Shown piece after piece: positions 1 through 10,817 of a DNA stretch of 64,000 nt. Position numbers and translations under genes: made by a program. Source of the stretch: Azolla caroliniana (lineage: Eukaryota; Plantae; Polypodiophyta); the NCBI GenBank assembly GCA_043228905.1, contig JBHGNT010000013.1:5518001-5582000 (forward strand), read 5' to 3'. The first letter of the stretch is position 1. Each line of letters opens with the position of its first letter. The notes under the pieces are model-generated. The model was not told the origin of the DNA, did no database searches, and saw only the letters and a list, made by a program, of their open reading frames with translations.

Positions 1-687
1 TATCTTAACGGGTCGGACCGGTGACACCTCCTCCGGTTCTGGGACCCGTTTCTTCCCTTTCGTCGCCTTCGACGCCAGCAGCTGCTGTCGTTTAGACGCG
101 GGTTTCGAGGTGCTTCCTTCCGATAATCTTGGCCGCTTCTTTGGCTGGACGGTCTCGACCGGCGGCACTAGCAATGTTATCCACTGAGCTACGGCATGCC
201 ACAGCTTCCGGCCCTCCTTGCCGTCCTTTCCTCGTACCATGTCGATTGCCGCGCACAAACCGTCTGCAATCAACACCGGCCAATCCACCTTGGTCCCTTC
301 ATAGGTGGCTATGATCATCCCTGCCCGATTTTTTGGCATGACAGGGGGTCGGGGGTACACGTGGCCGTACTCATGGAGCACTCGAGCTATCTCCCTGAAT
401 AGCGGATCTTCGCCGCCCTGCGTTCGATAGCCTTTGCCGGCAACAGAGTACTCACCGAAATATCGGATGAGTTGCTCCGAGGTTGGGTTATCGATCTGAA
501 AGATACCTCCCTCCGGAAGGCCTGTTAGCGCACGGATCGCTTCCTCGGTGATGACCTCTGTGTCGAGTTCCTAGATGACCCAATCTGCTTCTCTGTGCGA
601 TGGTGCCTCCATGATGGTCAAGAACCCATCCAGTCCGTGTTGCCTGAACCATTTCCTGGCCGCTTCCGACAGCGTTTGTGGTTCCAT
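1..687 (-). pseudogene. Extra ORF downstream of pol in G1 (N-terminal part), one in-frame TAG at 571-573
   Basis: Reading through the stop gives MEPQTLSEAARKW...ITEEAIRALTGLPEGG...YFGEYSVAGKGYRTQGGEDPLFREIARVLHEYG...IATYEGTKVDW, which aligns with the ORF at 18412. Confidence 0.85.
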
Positions 688-1016
688 GTCTGCTTCGAGG
701 TCGAGGGAAGATGGCGAGGTAGAGTGGTGATGAGAGTGAGAGCGAGAGAGAGAGCGTTCCGAACGTGGGGGTTCTCTGAGTGCAGGTTCGCGTTTGCTAA
801 GCTTCCACTGCCTTGGTGCTTCTGTGCTTCTTGGCTCGCGAAATGAAAAAAGGTCTCCATGCGTTCTGCTTCTTCTCTGTGCGTCTTGGCGCCTTTTTCG
901 AGCATGCACACGTCGTGTACCAATTTAGTATTAAGTAGCGTGGCGACACTTAAATGCCCACTACGTACCTTTTCGCTCCTTGCTTTCACGTCCGTTCATA
1001 CCTCGATTTTTAATGA

Positions 1017-1038
1017 TTTTTTTTTTTTTTTTTTTTTT
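1017..1038 (-). repeat. Internal poly(A) tract (A22 on the element strand) between pol and the extra ORF
   Basis: T run at 1017-1038; equivalent A40 at 18016-18055 in G2. Confidence 0.9.
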
Positions 1039-1064
1039 CTTTCTCTTAATGACGGTATGTGATC

Positions 1065-4000
1065 TTACACATCCGTAGGTCCCTTCGGACCCTTACCGTT
1101 TTCCTTACGGGTTGCCGTGTCTTCCTTCGCATCTGCTACGGGTTCCCCGTCGTCTTTTTCTTCCATCCGTACCGTTCCCGGTATAGTGCCGCTGGGCTGC
1201 ATAAACGGGTTCTTTGGCATCGGTCCTTTATAGGGCTTTAGTCTAAATCCGTTGACCCACTTGCCTAGCACTTCACCGGCAAGTGTCCCTAACTGATAGG
1301 ACCCGTTGTATTCCCGTGTCAGCCAATACGGGCCTGTCCATCTAAACCGGAGTTTACCCGGCATCTTGCCCATCCTCGTTTGGAATACTAGCACCGGCTT
1401 TCCGATTTCAAACATCTTCTCATTACCTTTCCGGTGACGGTCGACGAACGCTTTCCGTCGTTGTTGCTCCAGTTCCATGTGTAGGATGTTGGCCAGCCGT
1501 TGCTCCTCCAGTTCGCATAGTGCTGCTAGCCGCGTTTCCTCCGACTCCTTTTCATTCAGCCGTTCTCGTAGTTGGATCCGTAAGCTTGGTACCTGAAACT
1601 CCACCGGCATGACCGCCTCTAAGCCGAACGCTAACCGGAACGACGTTGTCCGGATACTTGTTTTGTATGCCGTTCGGTACGCCCATAGCGCGCTATGGAG
1701 CTTTGTATCCCAGTCCGTCCGGTTTTCATTGACGATTTTGCGGAGAATGTTCTGCAACGTTTTGTTGGTGGACTCTGCTAACCCGTTCGCTTGTGGGTAG
1801 TACGGTGTGCTCCGTTTATGGACCACGGCATAGAACGTTGTTAAGCTTTCAACTACCTGGCCGAGGAAGTGCCCTCCTTGGTCGCTGATTAATTCAATCG
1901 GACATCCATATCGGCACCAAATGTTCTCGTACAGGAATTTTGCTGTGGATGACGCGGTATTGTCTCTCAAGGCCTTAGCCTCCACCCATTTAGTGCAATA
2001 ATCTGTTGCCACGATGACATAACGATTACCCGTTCTCATTGCCGGTGGCTTGAACGGTCCGACAAAATCCAACCCCCACTTCTGGAATGGCTCTAGTGGA
2101 AGTACCGGTTGGTGTGGCATCCGTGCTTGCTCCGTAGGCTGGCCCATTCGTTGGCATAGGTCACATTCCTTAGCGTACTTGACGGCGTCTTTTAACGTCG
2201 TGGGCCACCATAAGCCGCTCTGCCATACTTTCCTTGCCGTCGCTTCCCCGGCATAGTGTCCTCCGGCAACCCCACAGTGTGCTTCCCGTAAGATTACTTG
2301 TTTCTCGTCACTACGGACTGCCCGTCTCCATATTCCATCTGCTCCTTTGTGGTAGAGAGTGTCCCGTAACAGACAGAAATTGCGGCTCTGCACCGCCAGT
2401 CGTTTCCTCTCATCCCGGTTCATTTCCTCCGGTGGCAAGCCCGTGCTTAGGAACTGGTGCATGTTTGTCAGCCACCTATCTTCTGATGCCACCGTGTCAT
2501 CCGCTGCCGTTTCCGGGGTGATACGGAATAACTCTGCGTCCGGGAATTCATCCGCTACTCCGTCGCCTGATTCTCCGGACTCTAACCGGCTCAAATAGTC
2601 TGCTACGGCATGCTGGATACCGGGCCGGTGGAAGATCTCGAATTCGAACTCCTGCAACAGCAAGGTCCAACGGGCCAACTTACCGGTCAGGGACGCCTTG
2701 GACACTAAGTACAGGAGCGCCGAGTGATCCACATGAAAGGAGAACTTCCTTCCCAATAGGTAATGACGAAACTTTGTGACACTGTAGATCATGCCCAGGG
2801 CCTCCCGTTCCGTCGTCGAATAGTTCTTCTCCGCTTGGGACAGCTTCCGGCTGGCGTAATATACCGGCCGGTACCATTTAGGCTCCATAAGTTGCATTAA
2901 GGCGCTGTCGATAGCGATGTCGGAAGCGTCAACGAACACATGAAATTCCTTGCTCCAATCCGGAGGCTGCACGACGGGTGCTTGCGACAAAAGTACCTTC
3001 AGGGCATTGTATGCCTTATCCTCCGTATCCGTCCATTGGAACGGTGTCCGATGTACCGCGGTGTGTAATGGTGTAGCCAAGTCAGCCAAGTGACGGAGCA
3101 TCCGGCTGTGCCACCGGATCTGTCCTAAGAATCGGCTTAGTGCTTTGGCCGTTTTCGGCGCCGGTGCCCCTAGTATCGCGTTTACTTTGTCCGGGTCGAC
3201 CGCAATGCCCTCCTTACTTACAATGTGTCCCAGTAAGATTCCACTTGAAACCCCAAAGATGCATTTTGCTGGGTTTAAGCTTAGCCGGTATAACCTACAC
3301 TTTTCAAGGCATAACCGTAGGTGCTGCAAATGGTCTTTTCCCCGGCTATAGACTGCAAAATCATCCAGGAAAACCTGCATGAAGGCAGGAATGTATTCGC
3401 CGAAGATCTCCATGATGATTCGCTGGAAAGTTGTTGGTGCCGTTTTTAGGCCGAACATCATTACTTCGGCTACAAACACCCCCCATTCGGTGACGAACGC
3501 TGTCTTCTCCTGGTCGTCAGGGTGCATCCGGATTTGATTGTATCCGCTGAACCCGTCTAAAAAACTATAAACTTCATGACCGGCGACGACATCCAGTACT
3601 CCATCCGTGAACGGAAGAGGGAATGCATCCGTAATTGTGGCTGCATTTAGTTTCCTGTAATCTACACACACGCGGATTTTACCGTTCTTCTTTGGGACGA
3701 CGACGATGGGGCTCAGCCACGTCGCTTTCTTTACCGGCCGGATGAAGCCCACTCTTAGGAGTTTGTCGATTTCCTCCTTCACTTTGGTGGCGTAGTTGGG
3801 GTTCATTCGGTAACGTCGTTGCGCCACTGGTTTCGCGTCCTTGCCTAAGTGGATCTGATGCTGATATAATTGAGGGTCCAGCCCTCGCATGTGTTCGTAT
3901 GACCAGGCGAATACGTCGCGAAACTCTGTGAGCAGTTTGATCATCGCCGCTTTATCTTCCGGCTTCATTTCTTTGGCGATGTGTACCGGCTTTGATTCGT

Positions 4001-6899
4001 CCTTGCTTCCTAGGTTCACTTCGTCGAGCTGGGATGTTTTTACCCGTTGGGAAACGGCCATTTCCCGTTCCAACGCTTCCTGTGCTTGCCGTAATTCCCG
4101 AATCGAATCTTTGTCTGGTTCGGCTTCGGTTTCGTCCCGCTGCGGCAAGTATGGCGCTACGGCTTCAGCCACGTCAATCTCGAAAAGTGGTACGATCTTC
4201 GGGTGTTCCTCCAAGTACTGGGCCTCTTCGTCGTCTGCCAACCCTTCAAGCATGTTCACGCATTCCGCATATAGCGGTGTGCATTCCTTACCGTTGCTCG
4301 TCCGTGGTTGTGTCGGTACCCGGACCTTGGCTTTTCCGTGCCGGAAGGTAATCATATTTTTCCGCCAATTTTGCTTGATGTGTGCTGTTTTCAACCATGG
4401 TCTGCCCAGCAACAGTGGGTACGCGCCTTGCGCCTGTAGCTGCAGCACTACAGCCGAGATGTGAAATGTGTGACCTCCTATGGTGACTTCCAATTTCCGT
4501 ATTAAGCCCGTCGGCCGTACAGAGCTCGTATCCGCCATCCGTAGCCAGAACGGACATGGCTCCCATTCATGTATACCCAAGGCATCACACGTGCGGAGGC
4601 TTATTACGTTCACCCCGGAACCTCCATCAATTACTGTGCCGGGAAGTTCGTGCCCTTTGACAATAGTTGTAATCACCGGACTACTAGTGTCCACCACCGT
4701 CGGTCCCTCCTCCGGATTCGAGAAAAGGAGTGGTGCCTGTGGGGCTATACCGTCTGTCATGACCGTTTGTAGTCCTTCCGTAAATCGCGGCACGAGCTGT
4801 AAGAGTCTTCCTAATGGCAACGTGATCTGACATTCTTGCAGTGCTTGCCATGTCTCGTTTTCTGCGTGGCCACCGCCGGCACTCCCTATGGTATTCGCCT
4901 TTTGCCGTTCCGCGTCCGCGACGTTCCTTTCATTGGCTTCCTTCACCCATTCCGTCGCCTGTTTTCGTATGGCCTCTTGTGTTTCCCACTCTTTGGCCAT
5001 GCCTTTCGACCGTGTGGTTACTTGCTGTAAATCCGCCACTTCCGGAACCACCATATTAACTGCTGGTCGTTTATCGTAGCTCTTTGCCGGGCACTGGTTA
5101 CTGTAGTGGCCTTCCTGCCTGCAGTAATAGCAGTACTCTTTACGGGTATTGCTGGATTCAGCATTGCTGGTATCCGGAGTCGGTCCCGTAGTGAGTGGTG
5201 CGTTCTGTGCCGGTTGGCTCCTTGGGGTTCCATGTTCCGGGTCCCTAGTGTGACCACCTTTCTTGACATTACGTTTCTTATTATTCTTATTTTTAGTTCG
5301 GTAGTCCGGTCGTGGTGGATCGTAAAATCGGCCGTAGTCCTCCTGGTGCCTTCGGTAACCAGGGGAATGGTCTCTGTCGTATTGCTCGTGTCGTCTGTTG
5401 GGCTCCCGATAACGGTCCGATCGCTCATACCGGTCGTAGTTATCGTGCCGATTCCCGTATCGGCCATCATTCTCTTGTCTGTCTCCGTACCGGACATCCT
5501 GTGCCGGTCGGTACCGGTTCATTCTTTGCCAACGATCGTCATCTTCGTCTCGGCTGCTTCTTGGCTCGATCCGTCGAACGGGTGGTGCTTGTCGGTTTAG
5601 CAGGTTATACTCGCACCGGTCCGTTGTATGACTCTTGGATTGACAAATCACACACTGGGTTTGCATGGTGCACTCCACTGCCGAGTGCCCGGCATTCAAG
5701 CAGATTGTGCATTGAATTGCCTGCCGGAACCGGAGATCTTCATCTGTGGGTAACGCCCGTTGCAGTGTTCCCAGTGTAAGCCATGAGCTTGACTTTTCCA
5801 TTTCTCTGACCCGGTCAATGACCTGGTCAATGGTGCTTCCTCGAAAGTCGATTACCGTACACACCGTGCGTAACGGTTCCCGGAGTGCGTTTAAAAATAT
5901 CGTCCGTAATTCCTCCTCCGGGGGTGCACGGGCAAGCTGGCTATGCATTCGTTGGAAACGGATGACGAATTGGGGAATGCTTTCCCCTGCCTCCTATCGG
6001 ATCGTATAAAACAGGCCCACCATTGTTGTCTGGTCGACCTCCTTGTGGAAAAAATGCAAGAATTTTGCTTTTAATTCTGCAAAGGTTGTGATGGTCGCCG
6101 GGTCCTGCGTCCGCCGCCATCGTGTCGCTGGTCCTTCCAACGTGACCCCGAATTCCGCTATCTTCGAGCGTTCTTCTTCCTCCGGTGTCATTCGCTGGGA
6201 CGTGTGATTTGCTTCCCATGTCTGCTCGAAGGCATGAACATGCGCTTCCGCGTCCGGATCATCGCGATACTTTGAGTATTGGAACGGCATGTCGTCGTCC
6301 AGTATTAGGCCGCGGTTTAGTGGCGTTTGTTGATATCTTTCCGGTTTTCTCTCCGGTTCCACTTCCGGTTGTTTTGCCGGTGCTTTCACCGGCTCGTCTT
6401 CCGGTACCTTCGCCGGCTCTTTCGTTGGTGTCGGTGGCTTTGCTTCTTCCACTTCCGGTGTTGGTGGGTTGACGGCTTCCGTTTGCGGTTCCGGATAGCC
6501 CTGGTCGAGCGGTTCCGGTTCTGGAGTCGGCACGGTATCCGACCCGTCGTCCTCCGGGCCGCCGGGGGTATCGTTGCTGCTCCGGTAGTTCGTGTGCACG
6601 CTGTATCCCCCTTCGGAATCCGATTCGTAGGCTGAAAAGGCTTCTGCCTCGTTTTCTCCGCTTGCTAGTGCCTCGAGGAGGCGTTCGGTTTCCCGGAGAC
6701 TACTTAGGCTGCTTCCGTCGTCCGGGTCGCGTGTTTGCCGTAACCGAAGAGATTCCTCCGCGACTCTCCGGATCTCGTTGGAGAACGAACAATCCGAGCG
6801 AATTTCCTGCGCTGCTTGCTGGAAAGTCTCACGCTGTCTTTGCCGTTCGGCGAGGCGTCGAGCTCGGTCTGTAACCAGGTCGTGCGTTGGTCTCGTCAT
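1065..6899 (-). CDS. gag-pol: Gag-Pol polyprotein (~1940 codons, single frame) with one premature TAG at 5994-5996
   Basis: ORFs 5994-6899 and 1065-5948 are in the same frame. Three CCHC knuckles, protease IDGGS, RT (RVCVDYRKLN, FLDGFSGYNQ, FLDD), RNase H (VDAS, YSTTERE), integrase HHCC, WGLDF, SDQG, NGLAES, and WTGPY. Confidence 0.95.
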
Positions 6900-6936
6900 C
6901 CATTAAGCCGTCGTTCGCTGCGAGAAAGCAGGAATC

Positions 6937-6946
6937 GTGGTCGCCA
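6937..6946 (-). promoter_or_regulatory. Primer binding site TGGCGACCAC (probably tRNA-Arg)
   Basis: 6 nt inside the LTR end; identical 10-mer in G2; complementary to a tRNA 3' end GUGGUCGCCA. Confidence 0.75.
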
Positions 6947-6952
6947 AAACTG

Positions 6953-7516
6953 TGTTATTCTCTGACCGGACAAGGCCTAACACAAGGTGTCACGGAGACA
7001 CTTCACCAAATGGTGATTACGGCATAGGATTAAGATTCAACGCTTACACCGACTTACGTAGGTTACACGATTAGAGTGCTTTGGTTAATTACACGCGTAA
7101 GATATAACAGTAAGTACAGAACGGAAATCAATACAGAAGTATAAACACCATATGCTCTATTAATTATCCGCTGCGCTTACAATGGGGTCCGGGCCTTTAA
7201 ATAGGTTTCCGGCCCGTAGTACAAAACGGTGCATATCGCACCTATTCGGGATCCGTCCGGATCTGGAACGGCATACTGTTTCCAGTCCGTCCGTCCACAC
7301 TATGTTTATTTACAACCATACTTAATTAATTCCTTCACTCCGTATTTTGGACTCCTTGCCGGCCGGTAACAGGGTACTCCTCATCCAGTCTTCACCGGGT
7401 CTGCATCATCCGGCTCTCCGTGGCCAGGTCCACCTCATACGGTTTCGGCCTCGGCCGAGTTTGTTCATCGGCACTGATCTTCTCCCTTCCCATCCGGAGG
7501 GACCTGTTTCCCAACA
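6953..7516 (-). repeat. 5' LTR of G1 (564 bp, TGTTGG...ATAACA)
   Basis: TG/CA termini, adjacent PBS, R/U5 motifs shared with the G2 LTR. Confidence 0.88.
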
Positions 7517-8716
7517 AAAAACCCCGTTTTCCACGCACAGACCTAGCACATTGAGGTGCACTACCATTTCGTCCGTGAGCGTGTCCTTTCCGGTGAAGTC
7601 AAACGTCAGTACGTGCGGAAGGATTGGCAGACTGCTGACATCTTCACCAAGCCTCTTGGTCTGGACAAGTTGCGGCAATTCTTAGGTGCGCTCGGATTGC
7701 GTCACCTCGACGTGCCAAACTTGAGGGGGAGAACAGTCCCGAATGACCAAGCAAGGCAGTAGGAAAGGAGTGGAGACTGCAACACCGAGTCGGTTGACTC
7801 GGTTGACTCGGTTGTCGAGTTCGACTTCGGATCGGCTGAAGAAGCCGAGGGCGGACCCACGGAAAAGTCCGGAAGCGGACAGAAGGGGAACAACCGAAGG
7901 AGAGAGCCAAAGCCAACCACGCATGGGGAAGATGACGCCATCGGGGGCGAGAAGACCGAAGACAAGTTGGAGACAGCCAACTCGAACAAGAGCGAAAACC
8001 AATCGGAGGTAGCCGAGTCGGTTCGGATGTGTGATTCAGATACGCTGAATCAACCGAGGCCCAAGCGGAAAAAAAGGCAGCAGGAGAAGCCTCAACACCG
8101 CAATAGCAGAAGAGCTGATAAGGGCCACATGAGCAGACAAGCCGACCGGAAGGGTCAAAGCGCGTGGAGTCGAACAGGTTGAGGAGCGCGAGCGAGGCGT
8201 GAAGCCAGGAGGAACCGGAGTTGTGAGCCCAAAGAGCCTCAAGTTGAGCTTGAGGGGGAGTGTTGAGAGACAAGCTCAACATCGGCTGGATAGGCTGAAG
8301 AAGCCGAGGACCGGTTCAGTTGGGACCGATCGGTTAAGCCGAATGCGTAAACCGGTACGCAGACCGGTGCGTAGGTAGGGCCGGATCGGTGCGTAAACCG
8401 GGAGGCCCTTAGGGAAGATATTCCGTGAGGAATATATTTGGGAGTTAGTGTAGGAGCTCTTAATGAGCATTGAAGTACTGTCAGTACTTCTGTCAGTCCT
8501 TCTAGGACTTGTATAAAAGTGTTCATTGAACACACATATGTATAGAGTGGTGAATAGAGATTGAGTATTTTTTGTTGAATATAGTTCTTGTGTTTTCTCT
8601 CTCTCACTCTCTCTGTCTCTCCTGCGTATACTGTGTAAGCTCAAGCTCTCCATTAAACCTGAGTTTTCTTCCTTCTGTTCGGTCTTCATACTTGCTTCCG
8701 CACGCTACTTTTTACA
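7517..8716 (+). mobile_element. 3' end of a Ty1/copia element (family C1): RNase H end, Pol C-terminal extension, PPT 8250-8260, 3' LTR
   Basis: HIEVHYHFVRE and ADIFTKPL motifs; TTGAGGGGGAG followed by TGTTGAG; LTR homologous to 42429-42822 and 46344-46737. Confidence 0.92.
8261..8716 (+). repeat. 3' LTR of copia family C1 (456 bp)
   Basis: TGTTGAG...TTTACA, TATA at ~8512, homologous copies elsewhere in the window. Confidence 0.9.
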
Positions 8717-9485
8717 AAATCAAACGTTAGAACAACATCAACAAGATGACTGGGAGGATATTCTCCACTTTGCCGAATTTGTGTATAATAACTCTGTTCA
8801 CTCATCGACTAGAGCTACACCATTTTATTCTTATGCAGGCTATCATCCTCGATGGTGTGCATTCGAAACTCCAGAGTTACCCACAAATCCTTGTGCAAAG
8901 GATCGTTTTGAGCGGCTACACAAGATACATGTAGACTTATCTACTCAATTGCAACAAGCTCAACAAGGAGAATGCAGATCGTCATCGGCTTCCATCCAAT
9001 TTTAACATAGGAGATCGGGTATGGTTACTATGTCGACACATCAAGACTAAACGCCCATGTGACAAATTGGACTATCGACGATTAGGTCATTTCCATAGTA
9101 TCAGAAAAATTAATGATGTCGCTTTTAGTCTCAATCCACCTCCGCAACTACATATACATCTAGTTTTTCATAGTTCTCTTCTTGAACCATATCAAGACAA
9201 GACTATTCTGAATCGTATTACGCCACCTCCACCCCCGATCGAGCTTGAAGCAGAGGACCAAAGTACGAAGTGGCTGCCATTCTCGATTCCAAGGTTGTTC
9301 GCAACCAACTCTACTATTTGGTCGATTGGCTAAGCTATAGTCCAAGCAATCATACTTGGGAACCAGTCGAGAATGTGGTAAATGCTTGAGCTCTTGTTGA
9401 GGACTTTCATCGGCAATATCCCGACAAGCCAGGTCATCCATCTATCACGACTCGTGGCACTCGTTGTCTTAAGGGGGGAGGGTAA
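8717..9485 (+). pseudogene. pol: Degenerate chromovirus (Tcn1-like) integrase C-terminus plus chromodomain, then PPT
   Basis: AEFVYNNSVHSSTRATPFY, LDYRRLGHF (GPF-type motif), VFHSSLLEPY, chromodomain YEVAAILDSK...YLVDW...TWEP; AAGGGGGGAGGG at 9471-9482. Confidence 0.88.
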
Positions 9486-9894
9486 TGTCATGATATAGCA
9501 TGGTATGGCCTCAAAAGGATTTAAACCCATGACCTTCTGTGACTTGGGTGGAAGCCTTACCATTAACCTATTCATTGTAATACATAAAATATTATTTCCA
9601 TTTACTATTTCACTTAGGAAATTCATGTATAATTCTAGAAATGTCAAGAGTAATCCTAAGACACTATAAAAAGAGGCACATGGCATTATTGATAACCAAA
9701 TCGGTTCAACGCCACTATTAAGCCTCCTAGCTATTCTTGTATATTCTCATCATATAATATATCTTTTGTTATCATCATTCTCTCCCTCTCTGTCTCTCCT
9801 TCTCTTGACAGTTCTACACCCTTTTCTCTCTCTTCGTACTAATCCTCATATTTTAGGTACTTATTCGCTCTAATTCTAGGTACTATTTCTAACA
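9486..9894 (+). repeat. 3' LTR of the chromovirus remnant (3' end approximate)
   Basis: TGTCATGA directly after the PPT, TATAAAA at ~9665, CT-rich R/U5, ends CTAACA. Confidence 0.7.
9506..9577 (-). other. tRNA-derived A-box/B-box cassette, antisense in LTR U3
   Basis: Minus strand reads TAGGTTAATGGTAAGGC...AAGGTCATGGGTTTAAATCC with tRNA-like spacing; acceptor stem does not pair. Confidence 0.65.
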
Positions 9895-10140
9895 ATGATA
9901 TATCTAAGAAACTAAAAAGTATGAACTCTGTTTTTTTCCGAATATTTTTTAATACATTCCTATGCGTATTTGTATGCATTCATTTGGTACCCCCCACAAA
10001 TGTGAATGTGTCAATCTATGCTTATAATTATATATATAGTTACATACTTATACTTCTATATATAATTATATAGTTATAAATACGTGCATAGTTACATACT
10101 TTGTTGTTCGCCGGAATTATAACCATTGGACATAACGCAT

Positions 10141-10439
10141 TGTAAAATATATTATTATTGTAGGGGCGTTAGGTAATGTAGTAACGGTTCACGCAGGAAG
10201 CGTAACCGACGATTGCCCTGTGTATAAAAAGGGTGGAAGAACAATATAAGAGCTAGCATATTTTTGGGAGCACAATCTTTTAATATAGTTTCTGTCTTCT
10301 CTAATTCCTATCTCTTGTCTCCTATCTCTTATGTCTTCTCTTTTATCTCTTAGTGTGATTATGTACAAGTAAGCATAAGGTAGTATGTGTTGTGTGTTTA
10401 CACACAATAGGAGCTCAGTTGTAGCCATCTCCTGTTACA
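10141..10439 (+). repeat. Possible LTR-like fragment
   Basis: TG start, TATAAAA at ~10224, CT-rich tract, ends GTTACA; no TSD seen. Confidence 0.3.
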
Positions 10440-10466
10440 CCTTTTGAATAAGCTCTACTGCGTAAG

Positions 10467-10754
10467 TGTCACGGACGGGTAGACGAGGATAGGGACAAGT
10501 AGACGAGCTAAATATTAAGAGAGAGTGAAAGATAGATATATAGATAGGGAGAGAGCATAGACAAGAGAACAAGAGAGAGAGAAGATAGAAAAAAGAGCAA
10601 GAACTAAATTATGCTTCCGTAACTGGTGTTGTTCACCTTGATTGTATTCAAGATGCACCGAAATATTTATACAAGAAACATCTAGAGAGTGCATGAAGAT
10701 GCATTCCCTAGAAGTTTCTTGAAAGTCCTAGTGATTAACTTACAATGTAATAAG
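10467..10754 (-). repeat. Partial LTR (R/U5 side) of the Tcn1-like family at 27487/30596
   Basis: Closely similar to 27487-27624 joined to 30596-30801; the U3 end is missing. Confidence 0.85.
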
Positions 10755-10817
10755 TTGATCCGCTTGGTGGTACGAAAAGGGCCTAGTCTTTTGTAGTCCA
10801 ATTTTGCGCAAGGACGT

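Larger units (their letters stand above)
1..7516 (-). mobile_element. Non-chromoviral Ty3/gypsy LTR retrotransposon (element G1; Phygy/Athila/Tat-related), 3' end outside the window, inserted into the RNase H region of a copia element
   Basis: 5' LTR, PBS and gag-pol in PR-RT-RH-IN order with no chromodomain. Copia RNase H sequence (KNPVFHAQT) resumes right after 7516. Confidence 0.93.

Noticed and set aside
5994-5996. Programmed read-through stop between gag and pol
   Set aside because: The stop lies inside the capsid region and the sister element has CAG there; it is a simple C-to-T change.
7644-8282. 212-aa antisense ORF over the copia extension, with counterparts at 42801-43394 and 54741-55316
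   Set aside because: The opposite strand of purine-rich coding DNA is naturally poor in stops, and the frame is not preserved in the diverged third copy.
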